NCBI GenBank assembly: GCA_048884965.1
Contig: JBHLQH010000026.1
Coordinates: 1-47,045, forward strand
Length of the DNA stretch: 47,045 nucleotides
Direction: 5' to 3'
Source of the DNA: Candidatus Thorarchaeota archaeon
Lineage (GTDB): Archaea > Asgardarchaeota > Thorarchaeia > Thorarchaeales > Thorarchaeaceae
Part shown: positions 46,348-47,045 of the stretch, piece after piece
How positions within the stretch are numbered: position 1 is the first letter of the stretch
Layout of the letters: each line of letters begins with the position of its first letter
Position numbers and translations under genes: made by a program
Notes under the pieces: generated by a model
Database searches by the model: none
Told to the model about the DNA's origin: nothing
The model's input: the letters and a program-made list of their open reading frames with translations, nothing else

Positions 46348-47045
46348 TTAGTGCATCTTGATCTTCATCGTGATGATGGAATGCGGGTCAACAGGTAATG
46401 ATACTGAATCCGAGCTCACCATTAATTCACCAATCTCATTACCAATGAAGTCTACAAGAATAGCACTATCAACAACTCGACGGAATTTCAGAGTACTTGT
46501 CCCTGAACATCCCTTAATCTCATAAAGACGTACGATGTACTCTGAATCCTTTTCGCTGGGCCTAAAGCATGAGAGCTCCAATTCAGCGCCTTCAATTACC
46601 AGTGCTGGTAATACATTGTCATTGCTAGGGATGAAATTGGCATCAAGTGGAAAAGCAATCAGAGGTAAGCGGTGCTCATCCGATCTTCTATGCACCATGC
46701 CAGATTTCCAATCAGATTTGTGTGGTAGCAGAGATATCCTGAAAGAATGCTCGCCGTGCTCTCGCGCAGTCTTTGCTTCCATAACCTCATCATCTCTGCC
46801 ATGAGATAGCTGTGTTGGACTTCTAAGAAAAGTCAAACCAAACTCTCCATCTTCATACTGGAATTCGTGAATACCAATCGCAGAAACGCCCAATCCATAT
46901 TCAGGACTCCTGCAATCAACCCAATCCAAAGCAGAGAAGATACCGTGTCCATGGTCCTCAAAGGAAGACAATTCGGAATGCATAACATGCTTCTCTTCCA
47001 CCATGAATTGAGAACCTGTAGAAACATGATTCGAGTAGATAGGGA
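46348..47045 (-). CDS. Alpha-mannosidase (GH38), C-terminal part; ORF extends past the window end
   Basis: The frame is open to the window edge (PIYSNHVSTGSQFMVEE...). WVD, LTFLRSP, GEHSFRISLLPH..DW, IVRLYE and VDFIG are GH38 C-domain motifs. Confidence 0.85.
   Translation of the reverse strand, partial: PIYSNHVSTGSQFMVEEKHVMHSELSSFEDHGHGIFSALDWVDCRSPEYGLGVSAIGIHEFQYEDGEFGLTFLRSPTQLSHGRDDEVMEAKTAREHGEHSFRISLLPHKSDWKSGMVHRRSDEHRLPLIAFPLDANFIPSNDNVLPALVIEGAELELSCFRPSEKDSEYIVRLYEIKGCSGTSTLKFRRVVDSAILVDFIGNEIGELMVSSDSVSLPVDPHSIITMKIKMH

Noticed and set aside
1-47045. tRNA/rRNA genes, CRISPR arrays, Sec/Pyl read-through or programmed frameshifts
   Set aside because: By eye I found no T-loop or cloverleaf, no regularly spaced repeats, and no gene interrupted by an in-frame UGA/UAG or split across frames. 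tRNAscan-SE and Infernal were not run.

Overview
Archaeal chromosomal segment, densely coding, with no rRNA, tRNA, CRISPR array or recognisable mobile element. Thermosome, Rpo6, Fap7/AK6, Ard1-type acetyltransferase and ThiR show it is archaeal. A gelsolin-domain protein paired with a Roadblock/LC7 protein points to Asgard archaea, most consistent with Thorarchaeia (inference). Housekeeping and metabolic genes include hisS, MEMO1, a ThiR-regulated thiamine ABC transporter, an aminotransferase, a partial GH38 mannosidase and a partial peptide-ABC permease. The most unusual elements are: (1) a minus-strand cluster at 42.7-46.3 kb encoding an alpha-SNAP-like/Ig/coiled-coil protein, a possible mini-gelsolin, a poly-proline-tailed membrane protein and a V4R-like protein, a candidate proto-trafficking or cytoskeleton module; (2) RNA polymerase subunit Rpo6 fused to an acidic tail and an (HhH)2 domain; (3) a GNAT acetyltransferase fused to an SSB-type OB fold; (4) a glycyl-radical enzyme operon of unknown substrate with a tandem split-barrel flavoprotein; (5) a secreted C2-like protein, a Cys-rich tail-anchored micropeptide and a CorA-like two-TM gene pair. 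All family calls come from motif recognition by eye; no searches were run.
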